From positions 434 through 64,433 of the forward strand of contig DASYUQ010000092.1 in the NCBI GenBank assembly GCA_036001065.1: 64,000 nt of DNA, in the 5' to 3' direction. The notes beneath the pieces were generated by a model. It was given only the letters and a program-made list of their open reading frames with translations, was not told where the DNA came from and made no database searches. This DNA comes from Candidatus Methylomirabilota bacterium. Lineage in GTDB: Bacteria; Methylomirabilota; Methylomirabilia; Rokubacteriales; CSP1-6. The translations under genes and the position numbers were made by a program. Positions 49,934 to 59,920 of the stretch are shown in pieces; the stretch's first letter is position 1, and each line of letters starts with the position of its first letter.

Positions 49934-50064
49934 TATGGGAGTGAGGCGGGGGCCATTCCAAGACCCGTAGCTTCTGGGGGTCGAGGGAGCGGCCGCGTAG
50001 GAGGCGCGTGGGCAACGCATCGTGGATAGCGTGGTCTTGGAGTGGCCCCCGCCTCGCTCCCGTA
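49934..50064. repeat. 32-nt inverted repeat (29/32 Watson-Crick) with a 67-nt spacer, between the rng stop and the MetE-like start
   Basis: The left arm is tatgggagtgaggcgggggccattccaagacc. The right arm is ggtcttggagtggcccccgcctcgctcccgta. All 3 non-WC positions are T (left) opposite G (right). Confidence 0.85.
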
Positions 50065-50070
50065 CACCGC

Positions 50071-51600
50071 TCAGCGCACGTGGATCTCGTACTCTTCGCG
50101 GCTGGCGCGGCCGGTGGCCGGCTGGATCGTGACCTTCACGTCGAGTGCCCGGGCTACCCGCTGGAGGGCGTCGCGGGCGTCGCCTTCGAGGTAGGCAGCC
50201 AGCTCGGGGTGGACGCGCACCACGATCTCGCGCGCCCCCGACTCGGCGACCTTGGCCGGCATCGCCCGGAAGATCTCGGCGGCCAGCGTGGCGTCGGACT
50301 TGGTCACGCCGGCCCCCTTGCAGGCCGGGCACGGCACGGTGAGCAGCGACCGGAGGTCCTGGCGCACGCGCTTGCGCGTCATCTCCACCAGGCCCAGCTC
50401 GGAGATCTCCAGCACGTTGGTCCGCGCCTTGTCCTCGGCCAGCGCCCGCGTGAGCGCGCGGTACACCTGCTCGCGGTGCTCGGGCACCTCCATGTCGATG
50501 AAGTCGATGATGATCAGGCCGCCGAGGTCGCGCAGGCGGATCTGGCGGACGGTCTCGCCGACCGCTTCCAGGTTGATCTTCAGCACGGTCTGCTCGAAGT
50601 CGCGCTTACCGACGTACTTGCCGGTGTTGACGTCGATCGACACCAGCGCCTCGGTGTGGTCGATGACGATGTAGCCGCCGGACTTGAGCCACACGCGGCG
50701 GCGCAGCGCCTTTTCGATCTCCTTTTCGACCCCGAACGCCTCGAAGAGCGGCACCCGCCCCTCGTGCAGTTTCACGCGCTCGGCCAGGGCCGGCACCAGC
50801 GCCTGGACGTCGCCCTGGCACTTGTCGTAGACCTCGCGGCTGTCGACCAGGAACTGGTCGACGTCGGGCGACATCAGGTCGCGCACCACGCGAAAGGTCA
50901 GGTCCATCTCCTCGTGCAGGACCGCCGGGGCCGTCGCTTGCTCGTAGCGCGTCTGGATCTGCGACCAGAGGCGGCCCAGGAACTCCACGTCGGCGGCGAA
51001 TTCCGCCTCGCCCCGCCCTGCCGCGTTGGTGCGGACGATGAACCCGCCCGGGGGAGGGTTCAGGCTGCGCAGGAGCGCGCGCAGCCGGTCGCGCTCGTGC
51101 TCGTCGCGAATGCGGCGCGACACGCCGATATGCCGCGCGTGCGGCATGTACACGAGATACCGGCCGGGCAGCGAGGCGAACGCCGTGACCCGAGCGCCCT
51201 TGGTGCCCAGCGATTCCTTGGCGACCTGGACCAGGACTTCCTGCCCCTTCCGCAACACCTCTTCGATGGGGGCCCGCGCCTCGCGCTTGGGCTCGACCTC
51301 GTCGAGGTCGACGTCGGCGACGTCGGCGTCCTCCTCGCTGCCGCCCAGCATCTCGCGGGCGTAGTCGCCGAGGTTGGCCGTGTAGTCGCCGGCGTAGAGG
51401 AAGGCGTCCTTGGGGAGGCCGATGTCGACGAACGCCGCCTGCATGCCCGGCAGGACGTTCGTCACGACACCCTTATAAACGCTCCCGACGATCGAGCGGC
51501 GCGCGTGCCGCTCGAGATAGAGCTCGGTGAGGAGGGCTCCCTCCAGCACCGCCACGCGAGTCTCGGTGAACCCGGCGTTGACCAGAATACGCTTGTCCAC
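50071..51600 (-). CDS. rng: Ribonuclease G/E family endoribonuclease
   Basis: ILVNAGFTETRVAVLEGALLTELYLER...GSVYKGVVTNVLPGMQAAFVDIG...GGLIIIDFIDM. Confidence 0.9.
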   Translation of the reverse strand: MDKRILVNAGFTETRVAVLEGALLTELYLERHARRSIVGSVYKGVVTNVLPGMQAAFVDIGLPKDAFLYAGDYTANLGDYAREMLGGSEEDADVADVDLDEVEPKREARAPIEEVLRKGQEVLVQVAKESLGTKGARVTAFASLPGRYLVYMPHARHIGVSRRIRDEHERDRLRALLRSLNPPPGGFIVRTNAAGRGEAEFAADVEFLGRLWSQIQTRYEQATAPAVLHEEMDLTFRVVRDLMSPDVDQFLVDSREVYDKCQGDVQALVPALAERVKLHEGRVPLFEAFGVEKEIEKALRRRVWLKSGGYIVIDHTEALVSIDVNTGKYVGKRDFEQTVLKINLEAVGETVRQIRLRDLGGLIIIDFIDMEVPEHREQVYRALTRALAEDKARTNVLEISELGLVEMTRKRVRQDLRSLLTVPCPACKGAGVTKSDATLAAEIFRAMPAKVAESGAREIVVRVHPELAAYLEGDARDALQRVARALDVKVTIQPATGRASREEYEIHVR

Positions 51601-51655
51601 GGCAGCACCTCGCCGGCACGGCGGATCGCGGATCTCGTCGACCGCGCGCCATGCC

Positions 51656-52750
51656 TCATTGGAACTGCCGCATCCGGACCGAGAGGAGAAGCCCGAGGGC
51701 CATCATGGAGACGAGCATCGAGGACCCGCCGTAACTCATAAAGGGCAGCGGGATCCCGACGACAGGCAGGAGGCCGGTTACCATCCCCACGTTGATGAGA
51801 ATCTGGGCCGCCAGCAGGCTCGTCGCGCCCAGCGCGACGAGTCGTCCGACGGAGTCGCGCGCCGCCGCAGCGATGTCGAAGCCCCGCAAGAGGAGCAACG
51901 CATAGCCCAGCAGCAGCACGAGACACCCGACGAACCCCCACATCTCGGCGAATACGGCGAAAATGAAGTCCGTGTGGCGCTCCGGCAGGAAGGCCAGCCG
52001 GCTCTGCGTGGCGCCGGCGATGCCCTTCCCGAGGAGCTGACCCGACCCGATGGCGATCTTGGCCTGGATCACGTTGTACGCGCTCCCCAGGGGATCGCGG
52101 AACGGATCCAGGTACACCATGATTCGTTCCCGCTGATAGTCCTTCAGCGCCAGCCAGGCTACGGGCAGCGCGGCGAACCCGGCGAGCGCCAGGCCTCCGA
52201 GCAGCCGCAATCGCACCCCGGCGCCGACGAGCAGGGCGATCAGCAGGGGCCAGAGCAGCAGCGCCGTGCCCAGGTCGGGCTGTCTGACGATCAGCACGAA
52301 CGGCACGGCGACGATCGGAAGCAGCAGTGAGACGATGATCAGGGTGATCGGTTGAGCCCAGCGCGCCGTGAGCAGCCACACGAGCATCAACAGGAAGCAG
52401 AGCTTGAAGATCTCGGACGGCTGCATGGAGAGCGGGCCGACGATGATCCAGCGGCGCGCGCCCGACACGGTACGTCCCAGGAGCAACACGGCGCCCAGGG
52501 CGCCCAGCCCCAGGACGTAGAGGGCCGGCCCCATCCGCACGAGCCTGCGGTAATCCAGGCTGGCGACGACGACGAGGGCCAGGGCCCCCAGGCCGACCCA
52601 GGCGAGCTGCCGGAGCACGAGCCCGCTTCCGGCGCGTCCGACGTTGAGGCTCGTCAGCGTGGTCAGGCTCAGCGCGATCAGCCCGAGCGCGACGCCCAGG
52701 AGCGGCCAGTCGACGTTCTGGAGCAGCCGGCGATCGATGCCGACGATCAC
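51656..52750 (-). CDS. rodA: Rod shape-determining protein RodA (SEDS family)
   Basis: IDRRLLQNVDWPLLGVALGLIALSL...QPSEIFK...TDFIFAVFAEMWGFVG...PLPFMSYGGSS. Confidence 0.92.
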   Translation of the reverse strand: MIVGIDRRLLQNVDWPLLGVALGLIALSLTTLTSLNVGRAGSGLVLRQLAWVGLGALALVVVASLDYRRLVRMGPALYVLGLGALGAVLLLGRTVSGARRWIIVGPLSMQPSEIFKLCFLLMLVWLLTARWAQPITLIIVSLLLPIVAVPFVLIVRQPDLGTALLLWPLLIALLVGAGVRLRLLGGLALAGFAALPVAWLALKDYQRERIMVYLDPFRDPLGSAYNVIQAKIAIGSGQLLGKGIAGATQSRLAFLPERHTDFIFAVFAEMWGFVGCLVLLLGYALLLLRGFDIAAAARDSVGRLVALGATSLLAAQILINVGMVTGLLPVVGIPLPFMSYGGSSMLVSMMALGLLLSVRMRQFQ

Positions 52751-52805
52751 AGGCCCGCCTCTCCGATCATTGGCTCGCCTCGGACGGGCGGGATTCTCTA
52801 GGTTC

Positions 52806-52924
52806 GCTCGCCTCGGGCGCAGGCACCCCAGCCCCTGGCCGCCCTGCGGCTCGCACGACCCATCCCCGGCTCGCCTCGGGCGCAGGGGCCCCAGCCCCTG
52901 GCCGCCCTGCGGCTCGCACGACCC
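52806..52924. repeat. Tandem direct repeat, two 56-nt units (54/56 identical) with a 63-nt period, plus a partial third copy at 52773-52783
   Basis: The unit is gctcgcctcgggcgcagg[ca/gg]ccccagcccctggccgccctgcggctcgcacgaccc at 52806-52861 and 52869-52924, in the mrdA-rodA intergenic gap. Confidence 0.9.
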
Positions 52925-52927
52925 CGA

Positions 52928-54754
52928 TCATCCGGCGATTTCCACGGCGGCGACTTTCTCGAAGAAGATCGCGTTGAGGATCTTGCGCACGACCGGCGCC
53001 GCCACCTGTCCGCCCCGGCCGCCGCGCTCCACGAGCACGACCACCACGACCTCGGGGTCCCGGACCGGCGCGAAGGCCGCGAACCACGCGTGGTCCTGGC
53101 CTCGGTCCGCCCTAGAGTTGGCGATCATCTGAGCCGTGCCGGTCTTGCCCGCGATGTCGAGGCCGGGAATCCGCGCCTCGACTCCGGTGCCCTCGTTCAC
53201 GACCGCCAGCAGGCTCTGGCGCAGGTAGGCCCAGACCAGCGGCGAGAGCTCGACGTGTCCGGTCACCCTGCCCGGATCGCTCCAGACGATCCCGCGCTCC
53301 CGCCGCTCGATACGCTGCACCAGGCGCGGCTTCCACAGTACGCCGCCGTTGGCGATGGCGGCCATGAACTTCGCCACCTGGAGCGGCGTGACCAGGACCG
53401 GCCCCTGCCCGATCGAGAGGTTCACGACGTCGCCCGCCTGCCACTGGTCGCGCCCGCGCTTGGACCGGGCCTGGGGAACGAGCCCGAACTTCTCGCCGGC
53501 GAGATCGATGCCGGTCGCCTGCCCGAAGCCGAACGCGCGCGCGTACTTGGCCATGGCGGTGCCGCCCACCTTGAGCCCGGCCTGGTAGAAGAAGATGTTG
53601 CAGGAGTGGGCGATCGCCCGGCGGAGGTCGACGGTGCCGTGGCCGTCCACCTTCCAGTCCTTGAACGTCCGGTTGCCGAGCTGGAACTCGCCCGAGCACT
53701 GCACGCGGTCGAGCGGCGTCAGCGTCCCTTCCTGTAGCCCGGCCGCGGTGACCACGAGCTTGAAGACGGAGCCGGGCGCGTACTGGCTCTGGATGGTACG
53801 GTTCAGCAGCGGATGCTCGGGGTGCTGGACCACCTTGAGCCAGGCGGCTCGATCGATCGTACCCGTGAACCGGTCGATCTCGAACGCGGGCGTGGAGACC
53901 ATGGCCAGCACGTCCCCGCTCCGCGGATCCATGACGACGGCGGCGCCGGCTCGCCCCTCCATGGCCTGCTCGGCCGCTTCCTGGATGCGGCGGTCCACGG
54001 TGGTCACGACCTGGGCGCCCGGGTTGGGCTCGGTTTGCTGGACGACCCGGACGGGGCGGCCCATCGCGTCGACCTCGATCCGCTCGCCGCCGTCGCGCCC
54101 GCGCAGGAACTCGTCGAGCAGTCGCTCGAGCCCGCTTTGACCCACCATGTCCCCGCGCCGGTAGCGGCCCTGCTTGAGCTGCTCGTCGTTGGCCTCCCGG
54201 ACGTAGCCCAGGAGGTGCGCGGCGAAGCGGCTCGACGGGTACGTGCGCTGCGGCTCCACCTCGACGATGACGCCGGGCAGCTCGAGCTTCCACTCCTCCA
54301 CCTTCGCCATGTCCTCGAGCCTGAGCCCCCGGCGCACGCGCACGGGCAGGAACGAGTCCAGGGACACCCGCGCGACCGACTCTGCCAGCTCCGCGTACGG
54401 AATTCGCAGCAGCGCGGCCACCCGGCCCAGCACGGCGTCACGGCCCTGCTCGTCGCGGGGCAGCTCGCGGGGGATGAGCGACAGCGTGAAGGTCGGCCGG
54501 TTGTCCACCAGCGGCACGCCGTTGCGGTCGAAGAGGATGCCGCGGGGGGCGGCGACCGGCCGGATGCGGATGCGGTTCTTGTCCGAGGCATCGAGGAAGT
54601 ATCCGCCCTCGAGCACCTGCAGGTACCAGAGCTGGCCGACGACCACGACTAAGGCCACCACGACGGCGGCGGCCACCGCGGTCACCCGCTTCTTGCCGGC
54701 ATCGCGGCCCTCGGGGAGTGACCGCCAGCCCTGGCTCAGGCCGAAGCGTCTCAC
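52928..54754 (-). CDS. mrdA: Penicillin-binding protein 2 (elongasome transpeptidase)
   Basis: WYLQVLEGGYFLDASDKNRIRIRPVAAPRGILFDRNGVPLVDN...SVFK...SCN...KTGTA. Confidence 0.92.
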   Translation of the reverse strand: MRRFGLSQGWRSLPEGRDAGKKRVTAVAAAVVVALVVVVGQLWYLQVLEGGYFLDASDKNRIRIRPVAAPRGILFDRNGVPLVDNRPTFTLSLIPRELPRDEQGRDAVLGRVAALLRIPYAELAESVARVSLDSFLPVRVRRGLRLEDMAKVEEWKLELPGVIVEVEPQRTYPSSRFAAHLLGYVREANDEQLKQGRYRRGDMVGQSGLERLLDEFLRGRDGGERIEVDAMGRPVRVVQQTEPNPGAQVVTTVDRRIQEAAEQAMEGRAGAAVVMDPRSGDVLAMVSTPAFEIDRFTGTIDRAAWLKVVQHPEHPLLNRTIQSQYAPGSVFKLVVTAAGLQEGTLTPLDRVQCSGEFQLGNRTFKDWKVDGHGTVDLRRAIAHSCNIFFYQAGLKVGGTAMAKYARAFGFGQATGIDLAGEKFGLVPQARSKRGRDQWQAGDVVNLSIGQGPVLVTPLQVAKFMAAIANGGVLWKPRLVQRIERRERGIVWSDPGRVTGHVELSPLVWAYLRQSLLAVVNEGTGVEARIPGLDIAGKTGTAQMIANSRADRGQDHAWFAAFAPVRDPEVVVVVLVERGGRGGQVAAPVVRKILNAIFFEKVAAVEIAG

Positions 54755-55239
54755 GAGGCGTCTCGCTGGCGCGCTTCCGTCCAGGCCAGGGCCAGGACGA
54801 GGGCCGCCCCCAGGAAGCCGTTGTAGAGGGCCTGGGGGAGCACGACATAGGACATCAGCTCGACGAACGGCGCCGGAAAGTGGAAGAGCTTGAGCAGCGC
54901 GAAGCGGACGAGCCCCTCGGCCACGCTCAGGAACACCAGGCCGGGCACCTGCACGAGCGGCTGGGTGACGCGCAGTCGCGCCCCCAGCGTGCCGATACCG
55001 AACCCGACCAGGGCCTTGGTGAGCGCCTGGACGCCGATCAGCCCCCCGCCGGCGGCGTCCTGCAGCAGCCCGGCCGCGAAGCCGCCGACGCAGCCGAACT
55101 CCGGTCCGCGCCTCAGCGCGAGCAGCACGACGACGATGAGCGGGATGTCGGGCGCGACGTCGGCGATGCGGAGCGCCGGGGCCAGCGTGGCATGGGCGAT
55201 GCCGCCGCCGAAGACCGTCAGCGCCAGGAGCCCCCGCAT
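54751..55239 (-). CDS. mreD: Rod shape-determining protein MreD
   Basis: 162-aa polytopic membrane protein between mreC and mrdA. PDIPLIVVVLLALRRGPEFG..GFAAGLLQD. Confidence 0.8.
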   Translation of the reverse strand: MRGLLALTVFGGGIAHATLAPALRIADVAPDIPLIVVVLLALRRGPEFGCVGGFAAGLLQDAAGGGLIGVQALTKALVGFGIGTLGARLRVTQPLVQVPGLVFLSVAEGLVRFALLKLFHFPAPFVELMSYVVLPQALYNGFLGAALVLALAWTEARQRDAS

Positions 55240-55242
55240 GAG

Positions 55243-56079
55243 CTAGCCGCCCCGGGGGAAGTAGGCGGTCATGTCCTGCATGCGGTCGCCCGTCACCAGG
55301 AGGACCTCGTCGATGCGGGCGAAGTCGACCACCGGTGTGAGGTGCGCGTAACTGAAGAGGGCCGCGCCGCGGTCGTCGATGGCGCGCACCCGGCCGATGG
55401 GGATGCCGCGCGGGAACATGCCGCCCTGCCCTGACGTGACGACGAGATCGCCGACCTGCAGCCCGGCGCCGTCGCGCGCCATGTACTTGAAGCGGATGGT
55501 GCCGCGCGGCTCACCCTCGACGATCCCGGGCGCGCGGGTGCGCAGCAGGTGGGCGCCCACGGTGGACGCCGGATCGGTGAGCACCTGCACCACCGACGCG
55601 CCCGGCCGCACGTCCACCACCCGTCCCACCAGTCCGTCGGGCGAGATGACGGCGGTCAGCCGCCGAACGTCGTCGGCGCGGCCGCGGTTGACCGTCAGCG
55701 AGCGCACCCAGCCGCCCCACTCGCGGGCGATGATCTCGCCCGGCAGCGTCTCGAGCGGCAGGCGCGCGCGCAGGTCGAGCAGGCGGCGTAGCCGGCGGTT
55801 TTCTTCCGCTGTCTCCGTCACCGCCAGGGCCTCGACGCGCAGCCGCTGAATCTCCTCCCGCAGGCGGCGGTTCTCGCCGCGCACGTTCTTCCAATCGACG
55901 TAAGTGGACCAGAACCCGAAGGCCCCGCGATGGACGACCGCCAGGCCCTTCTGGACCGGCGTGGTGACCAGGGCCAGGAGGTCGGCGGTCCGGGAGGCGT
56001 GGCCGCGGGTCTGGATGGTCAGGAGAACGAGACAGACCACGATCACCGAACCAAGCAGGGCCAGCGTGCGAGTCTTCAC
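55243..56079 (-). CDS. mreC: Rod shape-determining protein MreC
   Basis: A TM helix, then the coiled coil ENRRLREEIQRLR and the beta domain (GLVGRVVDV...VTSG..GMFPRGIPIG). Confidence 0.9.
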   Translation of the reverse strand: MKTRTLALLGSVIVVCLVLLTIQTRGHASRTADLLALVTTPVQKGLAVVHRGAFGFWSTYVDWKNVRGENRRLREEIQRLRVEALAVTETAEENRRLRRLLDLRARLPLETLPGEIIAREWGGWVRSLTVNRGRADDVRRLTAVISPDGLVGRVVDVRPGASVVQVLTDPASTVGAHLLRTRAPGIVEGEPRGTIRFKYMARDGAGLQVGDLVVTSGQGGMFPRGIPIGRVRAIDDRGAALFSYAHLTPVVDFARIDEVLLVTGDRMQDMTAYFPRGG

Positions 56080-56109
56080 ACCTGCGACCTCCAGAACGCG
56101 ACAACCGCG

Positions 56110-57258
<1,149 letters not shown>

Positions 57259-57315
57259 TTAGGGCATCCCCGTCGGGTTCTTTCCGGCTGTCCTACCGAG
57301 AAAAGGAAAAGTTTT

Positions 57316-57686
57316 TCAGGCAGTTTCGACTCCAAGCCGGCGACGGACATAGAGGATCAGCCCGCCCTCGGCGATCAGCGCCTGGAGCAGGGGCGGGAAG
57401 GGGGCCGCCCGGTAGGTTCTACCGGTAGTTACGTCCACGATGGCACCCGTGGTGACATCAACCGTCACCTGGTCGCCGGTCCGGACCTCCCGCGCCGCCT
57501 CGGGAGATTCCAGGATAGGCAGGCCGATGTTGATGGCGTTTCGCAAGAAGATCCGCCCGAAGGTGGCGGCGATGACGGCCCCGATGCCGAACGCGTGAAG
57601 TCCCGCGGGCGCCGTCTCCCGCGAGGAGCCGCAGCCGAAGTTCCTCCCCCCACGATGATGTCGGTCTCCCGCGCGGGGTGGATCAC
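57316..57686 (-). pseudogene. LeuD-like (aconitase swivel domain) small-subunit remnant: N-terminally short with a frameshift at a C/G run
   Basis: Frame b ends ...ETDIIVGGG. Frame a continues [46 protein letters not shown].... The junction is at cctccccccacg (about 57644-57655). No LeuC-like partner is nearby. Confidence 0.5.
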
Positions 57687-57703
57687 GCTCTGGCCGAAAA
57701 CGG

Positions 57704-58765
57704 GTGCTCAGGTATAGCATTGCCGCCGCTGCCGTGACAACCGACGAGTTCGAGGCGTGGTTCGACAAGGGCGTCACCGACGGCCTGCCCGTCGTGCCGC
57801 CGACGCGGGCCCGGGTCGAGCGGATGCTGGCCGCCAGCCGGCGCCAGCCCCGGGAGCTGCTGGGCGAGATGCCGCCGAATTACGGACGGCTCACGGTCGA
57901 GAAGGTCGCGATCAACGCCGTCATGGCCGGCTGCCGGCCCGAGTATCTGCCGATCGTCGTGGCCGCCGCCGAATGCGCCTGCGATCCCGCCTTCAACCTG
58001 CACGGCGTCGCCAGCTCGACGCACTTCTCGGCCCCGCTGATCATCGTCAACGGCCCGATCCGAGCGCGTATCGGCGTCAACAGCGGCTTCGGCGTCTTCG
58101 GTCCCGGCTGGCGGGCCAACGCGACAATCGGGCGTGCGCTGCGCCTGCTCATGATCAACATCGGCGGCGCCCGGCCCGGCGAGACCTCGATGTCCACCTT
58201 CGGCCACCCGGGCCGCTACACCTACTGCGTCGGCGAAAACGAGGAGGCGAGCCCCTGGCCGCCCTATCACGTCGACCGGGGGCTCGGGCCCGGGACGAGC
58301 GCGGTGACGCTCTTTGCCGGCGAGGCACCGCACGGCATCTCCGATCACTCGAGCCGTACCGCGCGCGCGCTGGCCGGCTCGCTGGGCTGGTCCATGGCCG
58401 GCCTCTGGAACAGCAAGCACTACCCGCTCTACTCCCACACGCTGCTCGTGGTCGGCCCGGAGCACGCCCGCACCTTCGCCGACGACGGCTGGACCAAAGC
58501 CGACCTGGCGCGCCATCTCTACGAGACGATCCGCCGGCCCTACCGCGAGCTGCTCCCCCAGGAAGACCACGGCGAAGGGACGAACCTGCGCTACGGCAAG
58601 ACGCCGCCCGATCCGGACGCGCTCGTCCCGAAGTTCCCGTCGCCCGACGAGATCCACGTGATCGTCGCCGGAGGGACGGCCGGGAGGTTCTCGGTGGCAA
58701 TCCCCGGCTGGCTGGGGACCAAGAACGGCTCGCGCCCGGTCACCCGTCCCATAGAATTCGATTGA
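57704..58765 (+). CDS. Conserved-looking hypothetical protein
   Basis: 353-aa ORF with balanced composition (GLPVVPPT...[20 protein letters not shown]...[21 protein letters not shown]...). The antisense 410-aa ORF is Arg/Gly junk. I cannot name the family. Confidence 0.7.
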   Translation: MLRYSIAAAAVTTDEFEAWFDKGVTDGLPVVPPTRARVERMLAASRRQPRELLGEMPPNYGRLTVEKVAINAVMAGCRPEYLPIVVAAAECACDPAFNLHGVASSTHFSAPLIIVNGPIRARIGVNSGFGVFGPGWRANATIGRALRLLMINIGGARPGETSMSTFGHPGRYTYCVGENEEASPWPPYHVDRGLGPGTSAVTLFAGEAPHGISDHSSRTARALAGSLGWSMAGLWNSKHYPLYSHTLLVVGPEHARTFADDGWTKADLARHLYETIRRPYRELLPQEDHGEGTNLRYGKTPPDPDALVPKFPSPDEIHVIVAGGTAGRFSVAIPGWLGTKNGSRPVTRPIEFD

Positions 58766-58846
58766 CGAGCCGCCCCGTCCGTGTAAGACTGACGCTGGTT
58801 CTGGTTCAAACCGGATTATTCGGGAGCTGAGCAGTGACCGAAAAAC

Positions 58847-58884
58847 ACGCCGCGCGGGATCCAGTTCGCGCGGCGTTTTTATTT
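58847..58884 (+). terminator. Intrinsic-terminator-like hairpin with a U tract, about 90 nt upstream of csp copy 1
   Basis: ACGCCGCGCG (58847-58856), a 10-nt loop, then CGCGCGGCGT (58867-58876), followed by TTTTaTTT. An A-run precedes it, so it could act bidirectionally. Confidence 0.7.
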
Positions 58885-58965
58885 GCCGCCCGATGGTGGG
58901 CGGCAACCCCACCATCGCGGTGGGAGCACACAGGGGCTGAAGACCCCTAGGGAGAGGTCAGCGGT

Positions 58966-59166
58966 ATGGCACAAGGTCGAGTGAAGTGGTTCAACGATGC
59001 GAAGGGCTACGGGTTCATCACGCAGGACGGCGGTGAGGACGTCTTCGTCCATTACAGTGCCATCCAGGGCAACGGCTTCAAGAGCCTGGCGGAGGGCGAC
59101 ACTGTCGAGTTCGAGGTGACGCGCGGCCCAAAGGGTCTTCAGGCGGCCAACGTCCGGAAGGTCTAG
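58966..59166 (+). CDS. Cold-shock protein (CspA family)
   Basis: [51 protein letters not shown]... Confidence 0.95.
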   Translation: MAQGRVKWFNDAKGYGFITQDGGEDVFVHYSAIQGNGFKSLAEGDTVEFEVTRGPKGLQAANVRKV

Positions 59167-59179
59167 CCCCTGCAGTTCC

Positions 59180-59207
59180 CACCCGGGCCCGCCAACGGGC
59201 CCGGGTG
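59180..59207 (+). terminator. GC-rich perfect hairpin after csp copy 1 (no U tract)
   Basis: CACCCGGGCCCG-ccaa-CGGGCCCGGGTG. Confidence 0.4.
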
Positions 59208-59245
59208 CTCACCACGTAAGGTTCCCCACCCGCCGATCAACCGTC

Positions 59246-59275
59246 TTGACAGAGTTTTTTTCACCGTTGTAAAGT
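59246..59275 (+). promoter_or_regulatory. Sigma-70-like promoter for csp copy 2
   Basis: TTGACA (59246-59251), an 18-nt spacer, then TAAAGT (59270-59275). It lies in an AT-richer patch about 200 nt upstream of the start codon. Confidence 0.5.
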
Positions 59276-59348
59276 TTCCCGAGTTCCCGAGTCATGGTGG
59301 GCAGGATCGGGCCAGTGGCAGCAGGAGTCGCTCAGGTCTGAGGAGCAC

Positions 59349-59386
59349 GACGTCGCGCGGACCCAGGTCCCGCGGCGTTTTTTGTT
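59349..59386 (+). terminator. Hairpin with a T6 tract inside the predicted 5' leader of csp copy 2 (attenuator-like); paralogous to 58847-58884
   Basis: acgtcgcgcgga-cccaggt-cccgcggcgtTTTTTg. It has the same sequence architecture as the element upstream of copy 1. Confidence 0.55.
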
Positions 59387-59471
59387 GTCCCCGAGTCATC
59401 GGGACGCCCCGGCCATGGGGGCCGGGATCACCGGAGCGACCAGGCCCGCTCCACAAAAAAGGAAAGGGAGT

Positions 59472-59672
59472 ATGGCACAAGGCACGGTGAAGTGGTTCAA
59501 CGACGCGAAGGGTTACGGCTTCATCCAGGTCGAGGGCGGCGAGGACGTCTTCGTCCACTACAGCGCCATCCAGGCTCAAGGTTTCAAGAGCCTGAGTGAG
59601 GGCGACAAGGTGGAGTTCGAGGTGACCAAGGGACCCAAGGGGCTGCAAGCGTCCAACGTCCGCAAGGTCTGA
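59472..59672 (+). CDS. Cold-shock protein (CspA family), second copy
   Basis: [51 protein letters not shown].... The RBS is GGAAAGGGAG. Confidence 0.95.
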   Translation: MAQGTVKWFNDAKGYGFIQVEGGEDVFVHYSAIQAQGFKSLSEGDKVEFEVTKGPKGLQASNVRKV

Positions 59673-59691
59673 CGTCGCGGACCACTTCGCC

Positions 59692-59723
59692 GGCCCGCCG
59701 GGCTTCCCCGGCGGGCCTTTTTT
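59692..59723 (+). terminator. Canonical intrinsic terminator after csp copy 2
   Basis: GGCCCGCCGGG-cttc-CCCGGCGGGCC followed by TTTTTT. Confidence 0.85.
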
Positions 59724-59860
59724 GAAAAGAAAACCCCGACGAGGGCTGCGACGCGTTCTGCCATCGAGACTGCGCGTCGCCCCGCTGGTGGGGCGGGATC
59801 GTCGGGGTCGGTGGTGCCTGGTCTCCCAGGCGCTCCACCTAGAGCTAGCGTGGAACCTGC

Positions 59861-59920
59861 CTAGGAGGCATCCACCTCACAGATCACCGCAGGGGTACAC
59901 ATCGGCTGGATCACCTCCTA
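59861..59920. other. Hairpin pairing an SD-like arm with a 16S-3'-end-like (anti-SD) arm
   Basis: The left arm is TAGGAGGCATCCACC (59862-59876). The right arm is GGCTGGATCACCTCCTA (59904-59920). The right arm contains CGGCTGGATCACCTCCT, identical to the conserved 16S rRNA 3' terminus. Confidence 0.6.

Noticed and set aside
49855-50070. Cobalamin or SAM riboswitch upstream of the MetE-like gene
   Set aside because: A GCCACT string is present, but the rest of the B12-box and the multi-helix core could not be recognised. The dominant feature is a single 32-bp stem, atypical for these riboswitches. This needs an Rfam scan to settle.
52773-52924. CRISPR array
   Set aside because: There are only two full copies, separated by 7 nt rather than by unique spacers of about 30 nt, and no cas genes. 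It is a simple tandem duplication.
57683-58915. 410-aa ORF on the minus strand
   Set aside because: It is antisense to the 353-aa plus-strand ORF, which has balanced composition and ends before a terminator. The minus-strand product is Arg/Gly/Pro/Ala junk.
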